DNA of 24,000 nucleotides, from NCBI RefSeq assembly GCF_000024325.1, contig NC_013223.1:2795353-2819352 (forward strand), written 5' to 3'. Source of the stretch: Desulfohalobium retbaense DSM 5692. GTDB lineage: Bacteria; Desulfobacterota; Desulfovibrionia; Desulfovibrionales; Desulfohalobiaceae. Below the pieces are notes generated by a model that was given only the letters and a program-made list of their open reading frames with translations, was not told the DNA's origin and did not search any database. The position numbers and the translations under genes are program-made. Within the stretch, counting starts at the first letter, position 1. The number at the start of each line of letters is the position of its first letter. This document shows positions 14,520 to 23,943 of this stretch, piece by piece.

Positions 14520-14595
14520 TGGTGCCGAGGAACGGAATCGAACCGCTGACACGGGGATTTTCAGTCCCCTGCTCTACCGACTGAGCTACCTCGGC
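14520..14595 (-). tRNA. tRNA-Phe (GAA)
   Basis: The reverse complement folds as a 76-nt cloverleaf. Acceptor GCCGAGG/CCTCGGC; D arm GCTCAGTCGGTAGAGC; anticodon stem GGGGA/TCCCC with loop CTGAAAA; T arm AGCGGTTCGATTCCGTT; encoded CCA. Confidence 0.95.
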
Positions 14596-14627
14596 GCATG
14601 GAAGCGCTTTCCCGTACGAAAGCGGGA

Positions 14628-14714
14628 TGGTGCCGAAGGGGAGATTCGAACTCCCACGGGCTGGTGCCCACTAGACCCTGAACCTAGCGTGTCTACCAAT
14701 TCCACCACTTCGGC
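14628..14714 (-). tRNA. tRNA-Leu (CAG), class II with long variable arm
   Basis: The reverse complement is GCCGAAGTGGTGGAATTGGTAGACACGCTAGGTTCAGGGTCTAGTGGGCACCAGCCCGTGGGAGTTCGAATCTCCCCTTCGGCACCA. Anticodon loop TTCAGGG (CAG), long variable arm, T loop TTCGAAT, encoded CCA. Confidence 0.93.
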
Positions 14715-15089
14715 AGCGGGAGAAAGATGTATCCAAATCAGGCCCGGTTGGCAACCCCTTTTTTCAGACTTCCACCAATTTTTTGGATCTTATAACTCGA
14801 TATGTACATTTAACGATCTGAAATGTTTTATTAATTTCCCAGAAGGCCCGTTCTTGCGACGCGCTTCGTTTTGGGATACGTAAAAGGGCTCTTTTCAGGA
14901 CGGAATGCCTTCACGCCGAAAGAGCAACCTCCCCTCCCGCTGGGCCTCAATGCCCCAGACAAACGGCGGGCGAATCGCCCAGGGTTGAAGCGGGTCTTTT
15001 TTCCGAACACGCGGAAATGGGTTTCGGCGCTGATTGCCACTGAACACATTGCCACGGGCTGTATAACAGAGACCAAGTGGACGATATAT

Positions 15090-16031
15090 ATGCATATTTT
15101 TCGAAGTCTGACCGACATCCAACCCCATGTGGCCCAAGGGTCCTGCGCCACCATCGGCAACTTTGACGGGGTTCACCTCGGTCATCAGGCCCTGCTCAGA
15201 CGGGTCATGGACAGCGCGCGGAACAGCCGTTTGCCCAGTGTGGCCGTCACCTTTGACCCACACCCCTTGCGGGTTATCCTGGGCAAGACCCCCCCGTTTA
15301 TCACTCTTACGGACCAAAAAATTGAGATCATGGACAAGTTGGGGTTGGATTACCTGCTCTGTCTCCCATTTACCCGTGAAATGGCGGGGATGGAGCCGGA
15401 GCAATTTGTCCTCACCTTCCTTATCAAAGGACTCAACCTCAAACACCTTGTTATCGGCTACGACTACGCCTTCGGCAAAAAACGTCGCGGGGACTTCTCG
15501 TTGCTCCAGGAATTGGGGACCAAATACGGATTTACAGCCGAACAAATCGGTCCGGTCCAAAAAAACGGGGATACCATCAGTTCGACCCGGATCCGGGAAC
15601 TGGTTGAACAAGGACGCGTCCACGAAGCCCGCCCCCTTCTCGGCCGATGGTACCGGGTCGTTGGCAGTGTCGTTGAGGGGCGCAACCGTGGTGGGCGTCT
15701 TCTTGGGTTCCCCACAGCAAATCTCAAACTGATTGATGAATTGGCCCCACAGCCAGGAGTCTACGCCGTATGGGCCGAATTCCAGGGCCAAATCCATAAA
15801 GCAGTGGCCAACATCGGCTACAACCCGACCTTTGGCAATGACGCCTTGTCGGTTGAGGTCCATATCATGGATTTCAACAAGGACATCTACGGTAGCGAAT
15901 TGCGGGTCCATTTTGTCGAGCGCCTCAGATCTGAGCGCAAATTCGACTCCTTGGACGCATTGATGGAACAAATCTACCAGGATATCGCGTCCGGGCGGGA
16001 ACTTCTTGATCGTCCGGCCAACGCTTTGTAG
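15090..16031 (+). CDS. ribF: Bifunctional riboflavin kinase / FMN adenylyltransferase
   Basis: The start is taken at ATG 15090; the track ORF begins at 14871, but that upstream extension is basic junk. Motifs: ATIGNFDGVHLGHQALL, GYDYAFGKKRRGD, STRIRELV and PTANL…GVYAV…NIGYNPTF…VEVHIMDF. 313 aa, the typical RibF size. Confidence 0.93.
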   Translation: MHIFRSLTDIQPHVAQGSCATIGNFDGVHLGHQALLRRVMDSARNSRLPSVAVTFDPHPLRVILGKTPPFITLTDQKIEIMDKLGLDYLLCLPFTREMAGMEPEQFVLTFLIKGLNLKHLVIGYDYAFGKKRRGDFSLLQELGTKYGFTAEQIGPVQKNGDTISSTRIRELVEQGRVHEARPLLGRWYRVVGSVVEGRNRGGRLLGFPTANLKLIDELAPQPGVYAVWAEFQGQIHKAVANIGYNPTFGNDALSVEVHIMDFNKDIYGSELRVHFVERLRSERKFDSLDALMEQIYQDIASGRELLDRPANAL

Positions 16032-16171
16032 CCTGCCTGCTTGGTCTGGCTTGTGTTTTTGGACTTGGGTCCCCTTTTCGTGTCCTTCGGACGCGAAGAC
16101 GCAGCAACCTATGAACCCGCTCTTTGCTTTGCAGCTGTTGTCCACAGCAACGGAGATATCCCGTGATACTC

Positions 16172-17974
16172 ATGCGCCCATTTTGCCGTCTCTGGCATGA
16201 GGCCATAAAAACGTATCGGACCGTGAACACGGTCCGCCTTCTTTTACTCGGTATCGTGGTTGGCGTGCTTTCCGGAGCTGGTGCCATTGTCTTTTTTGCC
16301 GGTGTAGAAGGTATTCGCTTCCTCTTATTGACCAAACTGGCCGGGATGTCCCTGCCGGCTCCGGCAGGCGAAGAACTTTTCCACGGTCATGCCGGCCCCA
16401 GTCGGCCCTGGTTGATTCCCGTCTTCACTACGGGCGTGGGGCTCATCACCGGGCTGCTGGTCTACAAATGGATTCCCGACACCCACGCCAACGGGACCGA
16501 CGGCACCGACTCCATGATCAAGTCCTTTCACCGATTGGGCGGACTGATCAAGCCGGTTGTTCCCCTCATCAAAAGCGGCACAGCAATTCTGACCATCGCC
16601 TCGGGCGGCTCAGCAGGCCGGGAAGGGCCCATCTCCCAGATGGGAGCTGGCTTCGGCTCCTGGCTGTCGACCAGAATGGGGCTGACAGCCAAAGAGCGCC
16701 GCATCCTCCTGCTCTCCGGGGCTGCCGGCGGACTGGGCGCCATCTTCCGCGCCCCTCTGGGCGGCGCCCTGACAGCCATTGAAGTCATCTACCGCGAAGA
16801 CTTTGAAACGGAAGCCCTGCTCCCCGCGGTTATCTCCTCCGTCGTCTCCTATACCCTGTTCACCCTGGTCTTTGGCACCGACCCCATTTTCGGCATCCCC
16901 CGCTTTTCCTTCAACGATCCTCGTGAACTGCTCTTCTATGCGGCCCTGGCCCTGGTCTGTTCCCTGACCGGCTGGTTTTACGTACGCACCTTCTTTGCCA
17001 TCAAATACTCCGTTTTCGAACAGATCAAGAAAAAGGTCGGACTGGTCTGGACCACGACCCTTGGCGGATTGCTCATGGGCCTTTTGGGGATGCAGTTTCC
17101 CCAACTCTTAAGCGGTGGCTATGGCTGGCTGGAAATGGCTATGGTCGGCCAATTGTCGGTCGGCTTCATGGGGGCCATTCTCGTCGGCAAAACGTTGGCG
17201 ACTTCCATCACCCTCGGTTCGGGGATGAGCGGCGGGATGTTCGCTCCAGCCCTCTTTGTGGGCGGTATGAGCGGGGGGATGGTCGGTTACACGGCCCACA
17301 ATTTCTATCCCGGGATCGTCAGCCAGCCCGGAGGGTATGTCCTGGTCGGCATGGCCGCCTTTTTCGCCGGCGTGGCCAATGCCCCCATCGGCCCACTGAT
17401 CATGGTCTGCGAACTGACCCAGGGCTATGGGCTTTTGGCCCCGCTCATGCTCGCTTCTGCCGTCTGCCTGGTCGTCAACCGCAATATCTCTTTGTATGAA
17501 AACCAGGTCGATAATAAATTCGACTCTCCGGCCCACATCGACGACGCGACTATCAATGTCCTCGAAGGGTTGCAGGTCAAGGACTATTACCAACGCGGCC
17601 AGGTCACGACCATGGAAGAGTCGACCACCTTCAAAGAAATTACTGAAATGATCACCAACTCCAACGAGCTCTATTTCCCGGTCTGCAATCAGAAGGGGCT
17701 CGTTACCGGAATTGTTGCGGTTCAGGATTTGCGCCGGGTCCTGTTCGAGGATTGTCTCTGCGAACTGTTGCTTGCGAAAGATGTTGCGCGAAATCCGGTT
17801 CTTCTGCATCCTGAAGACGATCTCTACACCGCCCTGCTCAAATTCGTGGACACGGATATGGGGCAGATTCCCGTCGTTTCTCCAGAGGACCCCAGACGCA
17901 TTCTCGGGCTGTTGGCCAGGGAGGATGTCTTTATGGCCTATAAAAAGGCTCTTCAAGCCATAAAAGAATTGTGA
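16172..17974 (+). CDS. ClC-family chloride channel/antiporter with C-terminal CBS pair
   Basis: Motifs GTDGTDSMIK, GGSAGREGP (gating Glu), GGMFAPALFVG and PIGPLIMVCELT, then two CBS-like segments. The start could instead be GTG 16163, which has better spacing to GGAGA at 16152. Confidence 0.88.
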   Translation: MRPFCRLWHEAIKTYRTVNTVRLLLLGIVVGVLSGAGAIVFFAGVEGIRFLLLTKLAGMSLPAPAGEELFHGHAGPSRPWLIPVFTTGVGLITGLLVYKWIPDTHANGTDGTDSMIKSFHRLGGLIKPVVPLIKSGTAILTIASGGSAGREGPISQMGAGFGSWLSTRMGLTAKERRILLLSGAAGGLGAIFRAPLGGALTAIEVIYREDFETEALLPAVISSVVSYTLFTLVFGTDPIFGIPRFSFNDPRELLFYAALALVCSLTGWFYVRTFFAIKYSVFEQIKKKVGLVWTTTLGGLLMGLLGMQFPQLLSGGYGWLEMAMVGQLSVGFMGAILVGKTLATSITLGSGMSGGMFAPALFVGGMSGGMVGYTAHNFYPGIVSQPGGYVLVGMAAFFAGVANAPIGPLIMVCELTQGYGLLAPLMLASAVCLVVNRNISLYENQVDNKFDSPAHIDDATINVLEGLQVKDYYQRGQVTTMEESTTFKEITEMITNSNELYFPVCNQKGLVTGIVAVQDLRRVLFEDCLCELLLAKDVARNPVLLHPEDDLYTALLKFVDTDMGQIPVVSPEDPRRILGLLAREDVFMAYKKALQAIKEL

Positions 17975-17981
17975 GCGGCCC

Positions 17982-19799
17982 ATGGATATACTCCGGACCG
18001 TGCGTGAAACCCTGACCTTTACTACTGAAACCTCGCCTCTGAAACGCACTGGAAAATGGCTCCTGGTGTACATCCTGATCGGAGTCATTGCCGGACTGGG
18101 TTCCATCCTGTTCCACACGCTTTGCGAATTGGGCATGCACTTTTTTCTGGACGGCCTGGCCGGATATCGTCCACCTGTTCCGGCTGGCGAGCATGCCTTG
18201 CTGCCCCCGACAGACACCCCCTTTTCCCGCTGGATTTTACTTTTCCTCCCGGCCCTGGGCGGACTGGTCAGTGGCTGGCTGGTTTACACCTACGCCCCGG
18301 AAGCTGAAGGCCACGGTACCGACAGCGCCATCGACGCCTACCACAACAAAGGCGGACAGATCCGGGGCCGGGTACCGATCATCAAGACCGTGGCCTCGGC
18401 CATTACCTTGACCACTGGTGGCTCCGGAGGGCGGGAAGGCCCGATCGCCCAAATCGGGGCCGGATTTGGCTCATTTCTGGGCAATCAGCTCGGCTTGTCC
18501 GAACGCGAGCGCCGGATCATGCTCGCCGCAGGGGTAGCGGCCGGTGTCGGGAGTATCTTTCGCGCCCCCATGGCCGGGGCGCTGTTTGCGGCTGAAGTGC
18601 TCTACCGTGAACCGGAATTCGAGTCGGAGGTCATCATTCCCGCTGGCATCGCTTCGGCGGTGGCCTATTGTATTTTCTGCCTTGTCTACGGCTGGGGCTC
18701 CCTCTTCCACGCCCCGAATTTCACGTTCACCAATCCCCTTGAACTAGGGCCGTACGCTCTTTTGGCCCTTGTTCTGACGGCCGGGGGCTTCGTGTACGTC
18801 AAATGCTTCCACGGCGTTCACGCGCTGTTTGCCAAAATCCCTATCAAAAACCACTTCAAGCCGGCCATTGGCGGTCTGCTCACCGGGGGCATCGGCTTTT
18901 TCCTGCCCCAGACCCTGGCTTTCGGCTACGGGGTCGTCCAACAGGCGATCAATGGAGAACTCGGCATTGCCCTCCTGCTCGGCGTAGCCCTGGGCAAAAT
19001 CCTGACCACGTCCTTCACCATCAGCTCCGGCGGCAGTGGCGGCGTCTTCGGACCATCCGTGGTCATTGGCGGCGCGTTGGGCGGCGGAGTGGGGCAAACA
19101 GTGGACGCGCTCCTTCCGGGCCTGATCGACCCCGGCGCCTTCATCATCGTTGGCATGGCCGGTTTCTTCACCGCGGTGTCCAACACCCCGGTCTCGACAA
19201 TCATCTTCGTCAGCGAGATGACCGGGTCCTACCACCTGCTTCTGCCCAGCCTCCTGGTCTGTTTCCTGTGCCAGATCCTGGCGCAGAAGGTGACCATCTA
19301 TGTCGAACAATACGCCAACAAGCTCCAGTCTCCGGCCCATGCGGGCGAGTTTTTCGTGGACGTCCTCCAATCCTTCCGCGTTCGCGATCTGCTCGGTCAA
19401 ATCCGCAAGTTCGTGACCGTTCCCGAGGGCATGTCGTTTGCCAAGTTCAAAGAATTCTTCTCCGACACCACCCAGGATTACTTTCCTGTGGTCAATACCC
19501 GCAATGAACTCAGCGGCATTTTCACCAACCGCGATATCCGAACTATCCTTTTTGCTCCGGAGGTCGACGACCTGGTTGTGGTCAAGGACATTGCCACGAC
19601 AGACCTGATCACCACCAACCCGGATGAGGACCTGGGCACGGTGATGACCAAATTCACCAAAAAGAACCTCGACTGTCTGCCCGTCGTCGATGTCCAAAAC
19701 CCGAACCATCTTCTCGGCATGCTCAGACGGCGGGAAGTGATCGCTTTTTACAACAATGAACTGGCGAAGATGAAACGCCAAGGCAACTCAGAGCGTTAA
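17982..19799 (+). CDS. ClC-family chloride channel/antiporter with C-terminal CBS pair (tandem paralog)
   Basis: 605 aa with EGHGTDSAIDAYH, GGSGGREGP, GGVFGPSVVIGG and PVSTIIFVSEMT, followed by a CBS pair (YFPVVNTRNELSGIFTNRDI; CLPVVDVQNPNHLLGMLRRREV). It starts 7 nt after the previous ClC gene. Confidence 0.9.
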   Translation: MDILRTVRETLTFTTETSPLKRTGKWLLVYILIGVIAGLGSILFHTLCELGMHFFLDGLAGYRPPVPAGEHALLPPTDTPFSRWILLFLPALGGLVSGWLVYTYAPEAEGHGTDSAIDAYHNKGGQIRGRVPIIKTVASAITLTTGGSGGREGPIAQIGAGFGSFLGNQLGLSERERRIMLAAGVAAGVGSIFRAPMAGALFAAEVLYREPEFESEVIIPAGIASAVAYCIFCLVYGWGSLFHAPNFTFTNPLELGPYALLALVLTAGGFVYVKCFHGVHALFAKIPIKNHFKPAIGGLLTGGIGFFLPQTLAFGYGVVQQAINGELGIALLLGVALGKILTTSFTISSGGSGGVFGPSVVIGGALGGGVGQTVDALLPGLIDPGAFIIVGMAGFFTAVSNTPVSTIIFVSEMTGSYHLLLPSLLVCFLCQILAQKVTIYVEQYANKLQSPAHAGEFFVDVLQSFRVRDLLGQIRKFVTVPEGMSFAKFKEFFSDTTQDYFPVVNTRNELSGIFTNRDIRTILFAPEVDDLVVVKDIATTDLITTNPDEDLGTVMTKFTKKNLDCLPVVDVQNPNHLLGMLRRREVIAFYNNELAKMKRQGNSER

Positions 19800-19876
19800 G
19801 GGGAGAAGACCGACAAGCAAAGAAGGGTAAGAACTACCGGCAGGTCCCTATACAGCGCGGCGCAAACAGTGGAGGT

Positions 19877-20662
19877 TTAGCCATGGCAGTCGTTCCCTGC
19901 TTGCCCGTGGACCATTTGACAGAGATCCCCGATGGCCTGTCCAGGGGCAGGATGCTGAAAAAGATTGCGTCCGATGCTAACGCCAGCCGCGCCGCAGTCC
20001 AAAGCTGTTGCGACCATATCGAGAAACGCTGACCAGTTTGGCTGGGCCGGTCCTCCGGCAATAACCACAGGCACAGGGCACGCCCGGACATGCGCAGCAA
20101 AGGCGTGCGGATCCTTCCCAAATCCAACCTTGACCACATCAGCCCCCAATTCGACGCCGACACGGATACAATGCCCGATCAATTCCGGATCCTGATCGTC
20201 CGCCACAGCCGGTCCGCGGGCATACAGCATCGCCAGCACTGGTATGCCAAGAGAATGCGCCCGCTCCCGCACGGCGGCCAAATCCGACAACATCTCTCCC
20301 TCAAAGCGGTTGCCGATATTCACATGGACGGAAACAGCGTCCGCTCCGCTGCGAAGCGCCTGATCCACAGAGCAGACCCCGGTTTTGCGGTACGAAGGCT
20401 CGGCATAGCGCGTCCCGCCTGAGAGATGGACCACAAGACGTTGGTCCAGGGCCAGCCGCGGAGCGCCCCAAACCTCGGCCGCTCCCTGATGCAGGACGAC
20501 CCCCTGGACTGCTGCATGGCGGGCCACATGATCCACAAAAGCCGACGTATGCTCCAAGCCCGGCAACAGACCTTCAGTCAGCCCGTGATCGAGAGGGACA
20601 AGAACCGTGCGCCCACTGTGGGCATGGAAAAGCCGGCGAAACCGGCGTTGCAGACCAGCCAT
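19877..20662 (-). CDS. Class I aldolase family protein (DhnA/FbaB / ADH-synthase / LsrF-type TIM barrel)
   Basis: The start is taken at ATG 20662 (AGAGGAG RBS 7 nt upstream) rather than 20701. Motifs: VLVPLDHGLTEG, GADAVSVHVNIG, IPVLAMLYARGP, ELGADVVKV (Schiff-base Lys context), PVVIAGGP and GAAGVSIGRNLFQ. Confidence 0.8.
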   Translation of the reverse strand: MAGLQRRFRRLFHAHSGRTVLVPLDHGLTEGLLPGLEHTSAFVDHVARHAAVQGVVLHQGAAEVWGAPRLALDQRLVVHLSGGTRYAEPSYRKTGVCSVDQALRSGADAVSVHVNIGNRFEGEMLSDLAAVRERAHSLGIPVLAMLYARGPAVADDQDPELIGHCIRVGVELGADVVKVGFGKDPHAFAAHVRACPVPVVIAGGPAQPNWSAFLDMVATALDCGAAGVSIGRNLFQHPAPGQAIGDLCQMVHGQAGNDCHG

Positions 20663-20746
20663 AGCCACACTCCTCTTTCGTGTCAGGACGGCATTCTTCA
20701 CCTAGTGTTCAAAATCTGCTGGGCCTAACAGGGTGGGAAATGCTTT

Positions 20747-20780
20747 CAATGGCAGCAAAGCTGCAAAACGTTCAAACTCG
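20747..20780 (+). repeat. 34-nt repeat, copy 2 (sigma-54-like core TGGCAG-N5-CTGCA)
   Basis: caatggcagcaaagctgcaaaacgttcaaactcg matches 6685..6718 at 31/34 positions. GG is at 20751-20752 and GC at 20763-20764. It lies in the 123-nt gap between the methyltransferase stop and the aldolase start, both minus-strand genes. Confidence 0.45.
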
Positions 20781-20785
20781 CCTGT

Positions 20786-22072
20786 TCAGCGCTCTGTCCA
20801 CAAGACCTGCCGTCCTTTGACTGTCCCCCAGCCCAGGGGCAAGCCGCGCCAGTACAGACCGACCCGTTTCCCCCCTTCGGCATGCGGCAGCCGCTGCCCC
20901 CTCAAAAGCGCCTCCAGCGGAGCGAGGGTGTCGACATCCACGCCCAGGGGGCCGGGAGCCGCAGGCAGGAGCCATCTGGCCCGGGGATCGAGCAGGATCC
21001 CCCCCTTCTTGCGCCGCCCGACGTACGCCCCTTGCCACCGCAGGCCCGGGGCGAGAACCGAACGCGCCTTGTCTGAAGCATAGATCAATTTCTCCCCAAA
21101 GGCGAAAACCCGTCCATAGCGAAGATGCTCTGCCGACTCACTGGGAAGATGGCGGAGGACTTCAGCCGTGACCTCCTCGCCTTTGGGAGCGAGCTCCGAC
21201 CAGGCAGCCGTTTCTTGGAAGGAGTGCTGGCCGGCAGTTTTCTTTCGCAGCAGGGCCACAAAAAATCCCTGGCTCTCCGAGGCCTCCTCCTGAACCTGTA
21301 ACACCCCCTGCTTGAGGCCCTGCGGGGCGCAACTCACCGAGGGCAGTGGCGATAACGGGTCCACAACAAGATCCAGGTGCTCAACAGCCCAGGCGATCTG
21401 TTCTTCATTTTCCCGGGGATTGGTGGTGCAGGTGGAGTAGACGATCCGACCGCCCGGCACTGCCAGATGGGCAGCTCTGTGCAGAAGGTTTCGCTGCAGT
21501 TCGACCAGGCCGTGGACATTGCCGTCATGCCAGACTTGGCGCACATTGGGATTTTTGGCCGCGGTCCCCCAGCCACTGCACGGGGCGTCGACCAGGATAT
21601 GCGAAAAGGTCTCAGGCGCGAGGGGCAAGTCCTCACCGCGTTCCGAGACCGTGAGGACATTGGGCAGGGCAAGATGGCGCATATTGGCCCGCAACGTTTC
21701 CAGCCGGCTCGTGTTGGGTTCATTGGCCAGGACGACCCCTTGCGGTCCGACAAGCTGGGCCAGAAGCCCGGTCTTGCTCCCCGGACTGGCGCACAAATCC
21801 AGGACCGTGTCCCCGGGTTCCGGGGCCAGACAGAGCGGAGGCACCATCGACGACTTGTCCTGGATATAGACCCGGCCGAATCTGGCCGCCACACAGCGGC
21901 CCAGGGCATAGGGGCCCTCCGACAAACGGCGGGCCAGAGAAAACACCGGTTCCTGCAAGGCGGCAAATCTCTCTGCCGCCAGCATACCGTCCACATATTG
22001 CTGCTCTTCCGGTGTGCAAACCAGACGAAAATACCGCACAGGCACAGACACAAAACGATCCTTGGCTCTCAT
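20786..22072 (-). CDS. RsmB/RsmF (NOL1/NOP2/Sun) family RNA cytosine-C5 methyltransferase
   Basis: The start is taken at ATG 22072 (MRAKDRFVSVPVRYFRL…); the track start at 22258 adds an implausible extension. Motifs: DLCASPGSKTG (SAM binding), LANEPN, LVDAPCSGWGT and IVYSTCT (the two catalytic Cys motifs), plus an RsmF-like C-terminal domain. Confidence 0.88.
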   Translation of the reverse strand: MRAKDRFVSVPVRYFRLVCTPEEQQYVDGMLAAERFAALQEPVFSLARRLSEGPYALGRCVAARFGRVYIQDKSSMVPPLCLAPEPGDTVLDLCASPGSKTGLLAQLVGPQGVVLANEPNTSRLETLRANMRHLALPNVLTVSERGEDLPLAPETFSHILVDAPCSGWGTAAKNPNVRQVWHDGNVHGLVELQRNLLHRAAHLAVPGGRIVYSTCTTNPRENEEQIAWAVEHLDLVVDPLSPLPSVSCAPQGLKQGVLQVQEEASESQGFFVALLRKKTAGQHSFQETAAWSELAPKGEEVTAEVLRHLPSESAEHLRYGRVFAFGEKLIYASDKARSVLAPGLRWQGAYVGRRKKGGILLDPRARWLLPAAPGPLGVDVDTLAPLEALLRGQRLPHAEGGKRVGLYWRGLPLGWGTVKGRQVLWTER

Positions 22073-22394
22073 GCAACGTAAAAAAACCGGGACAGGGGCC
22101 GCACCCCAGGGGCGTTCATGTTGATTGGGGCTGTTATACCTCCCTGGCCACGGTGTCAAAAGGCCTGTCCAGTGTCCGCTCCCGTGCGAACACCGCCTGC
22201 AAGAGGCCGACCAATCCCCTTTCCCGCTTGACAAACCAAGAGACCATCCACTAGGCATAAAGCATGCGCAGGACTCAATTCAGCCACACGTTTCTCGCTC
22301 CCGTATCCACTGCTTGGTGGTGGCAATGGTGGCGTGTATCCTGTGGCCTGGCTGGAATCTGCCGCTGATATTGTAGGAATCCATCGCTTCTCTG

Positions 22395-22428
22395 GGCCGC
22401 AGGAAACCGTTTCCTGCGGCCTTTTTTT
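22395..22428 (+). terminator. Strong intrinsic terminator with no annotated gene upstream on its strand
   Basis: ggccgcaggaaa-ccg-tttcctgcggcc is a perfect 12-bp GC-rich stem followed by T7. It ends 26 nt before the dctP ATG, and the minus-strand reading lacks a U tract. Confidence 0.75.
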
Positions 22429-22453
22429 GACCTGCAACACGAGGGGAACCCAT

Positions 22454-23467
22454 ATGCAACGCCGTATCGCCTTGTCACTGATGCTCCTCATGGTTTTCCT
22501 GGGGACCACTGCCGTCTCTACCTCAGCCACCACATTGACCTATGCCAATTTTCCTCCCGCCCCCACATTTCCCTGCGTTCAGATGGAGCGCTGGGCCGAT
22601 GAAGTCGAAAAACGCACCGACGGGGCATTGACCATCGAGACTTTCCCCGGTGGCACCCTGCTCGGGGCCAAACAGATCTGGCGTGGCGTCCAATACGGTC
22701 AGGCCGACATCGGCTGCATCAGCCTGGCCTACCAGCCGGGTCTTTTTCCTTTGATGTCCGTTATGGAACTGCCACTCGGGCTTCCTTCAGCTGAAACCGC
22801 GAGTACCCTCATGTGGGATCTCTTTACCAGCTATTCCCCCGAAGAGTTCGACAAGGTCAAAGTCCTGACCATGTTCACCTCAGCCCCCTCTAATATCATG
22901 AGCAAAAAACCGCTTCCCGACCTGGCCAGCCTCCAGGGCGTGGAATTGCGTGGCTCCGGTACCGCGTCCCGCATCCTCGAGGCCCTGGGGGCCACCCCGG
23001 TCTCCATGCCCATGCCGGACACCCCTCAGGCCTTGCAAAAAGGTGTTGTCCAGGGCCTTTTCTCCTCGCTGGAAGTCCTTAAAGACCTCAATTTCGCCGC
23101 CTATTGCCAGCACGTGACCCGTACCGATCTCCAGGTCTATCCCTTTGCCGTGATCATGAACAAACGGGTTTGGGAGGATTTGCCCGAGTCAACCAAGAAG
23201 ATTTTGAACGAGCTTGGACCGGAACAGGCGGCCTGGACCGGCCGGTATATGGACAATCACGTCCAGAAAGCGCTCGCCTGGGCCCAAAAGGAACACGGTC
23301 TGACCACCCACGCCTTGTCGGCAACTGCATTGGAAGCCGTCCAACCCAAGCTCGACAAACTCATTGAGGAATGGGTCCAGGACGCCTCGGCCAAAGGACT
23401 TCCTGCCAAAGCGGTTTTGCGCGATATCAGCGCCCGTCTGGACAAAGCTGAGGCGAAAGGGGAATAG
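22454..23467 (+). CDS. dctP: TRAP transporter substrate-binding protein (DctP family)
   Basis: The start is taken at ATG 22454 (RBS GAGGGGA). Signal peptide: MQRRIALSLMLLMVFLGTTAVSTSA. Typical DctP features: LTYANFPP…, FPGGTLLGAKQ, GVELRGSG… and PVSMPMPDTPQALQKGVVQG. It is followed by dctQ and dctM. Confidence 0.88.
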   Translation: MQRRIALSLMLLMVFLGTTAVSTSATTLTYANFPPAPTFPCVQMERWADEVEKRTDGALTIETFPGGTLLGAKQIWRGVQYGQADIGCISLAYQPGLFPLMSVMELPLGLPSAETASTLMWDLFTSYSPEEFDKVKVLTMFTSAPSNIMSKKPLPDLASLQGVELRGSGTASRILEALGATPVSMPMPDTPQALQKGVVQGLFSSLEVLKDLNFAAYCQHVTRTDLQVYPFAVIMNKRVWEDLPESTKKILNELGPEQAAWTGRYMDNHVQKALAWAQKEHGLTTHALSATALEAVQPKLDKLIEEWVQDASAKGLPAKAVLRDISARLDKAEAKGE

Positions 23468-23472
23468 CCGCT

Positions 23473-23943
23473 ATGAACGGCTCTTTGCTGAACAGGATTT
23501 CCTCGGCCCTGATGGTCATAGCCGGTGGCGCCCTGCTGCTCATGGTCGGCATCGGCTGTGCCAATATCTTGGGTCGCGCCGTGGGAATCCCCCTCAAAGG
23601 CACCTATGAACTCATGGGCTATTTCGGTGCTGTGGCCGGTTCCCTTGCTCTGGCCATCACCCAGATTGAAAAAGGGCACATCCGAATCGGTTTCCTGGCC
23701 CGGTGGCTGCCCAGGCGGCTCAGTGGCCTTCTCGACAGACTCGGCCTTTTCTGCTCCGCTATGCTCTTTGGCGCCATCAGCTGGCAATGCGGGCTCTTGG
23801 CCTTCTCCTTGTGGCATAGCGGCCAGGTCTCGGAGACACTGCGCCTGAATTACGCCATTTTCCCCCTGGCCGTGTCCCTTGGAACAGCATGCCTCGCTCT
23901 GGTCCTGCTCTTTGAAACCGCAATACTTCGTGAGCAACGCTGA
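23473..23943 (+). CDS. dctQ: TRAP transporter small permease (DctQ family)
   Basis: 156 aa with 4 TM helices and a typical N-terminus (…ISSALMVIAGGALLLMVGIGCANILGRAV). It lies between the DctP and DctM genes, and its stop overlaps the next start (TGATG). Confidence 0.85.
   Translation: MNGSLLNRISSALMVIAGGALLLMVGIGCANILGRAVGIPLKGTYELMGYFGAVAGSLALAITQIEKGHIRIGFLARWLPRRLSGLLDRLGLFCSAMLFGAISWQCGLLAFSLWHSGQVSETLRLNYAIFPLAVSLGTACLALVLLFETAILREQR

Noticed and set aside
14323-14720. tRNA-linked integrative island (integrase or att repeat) next to tRNA-Phe/tRNA-Leu
   Set aside because: No integrase, recombinase or transposase ORF occurs anywhere in the window, and I found no direct repeat of the tRNA-Phe 3' end. 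Only the composition shift remains, and it is reported separately.
14871-15089. Upstream extensions of ribF (start 14871), the methyltransferase (start 22258), the aldolase (start 20701) and dctP (start 22334)
   Set aside because: The extensions are basic or low-complexity and would give proteins longer than the family norm. Internal ATGs with RBSs (15090, 22072, 20662, 22454) give canonical N-termini or signal peptides.
14895-16145. 416-aa minus-strand ORF; also 17108..18217 and 18744..19781 minus
   Set aside because: These are shadows of ribF and the two ClC genes, all of which show unambiguous motifs on the + strand.
16032-16171. Possible fluoride (crcB-motif) riboswitch or terminator between ribF and the first ClC gene
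   Set aside because: None of the conserved riboswitch elements (for example the …CTGATGA…CCTAC 3' part) is present, and no convincing hairpin plus U tract is visible.
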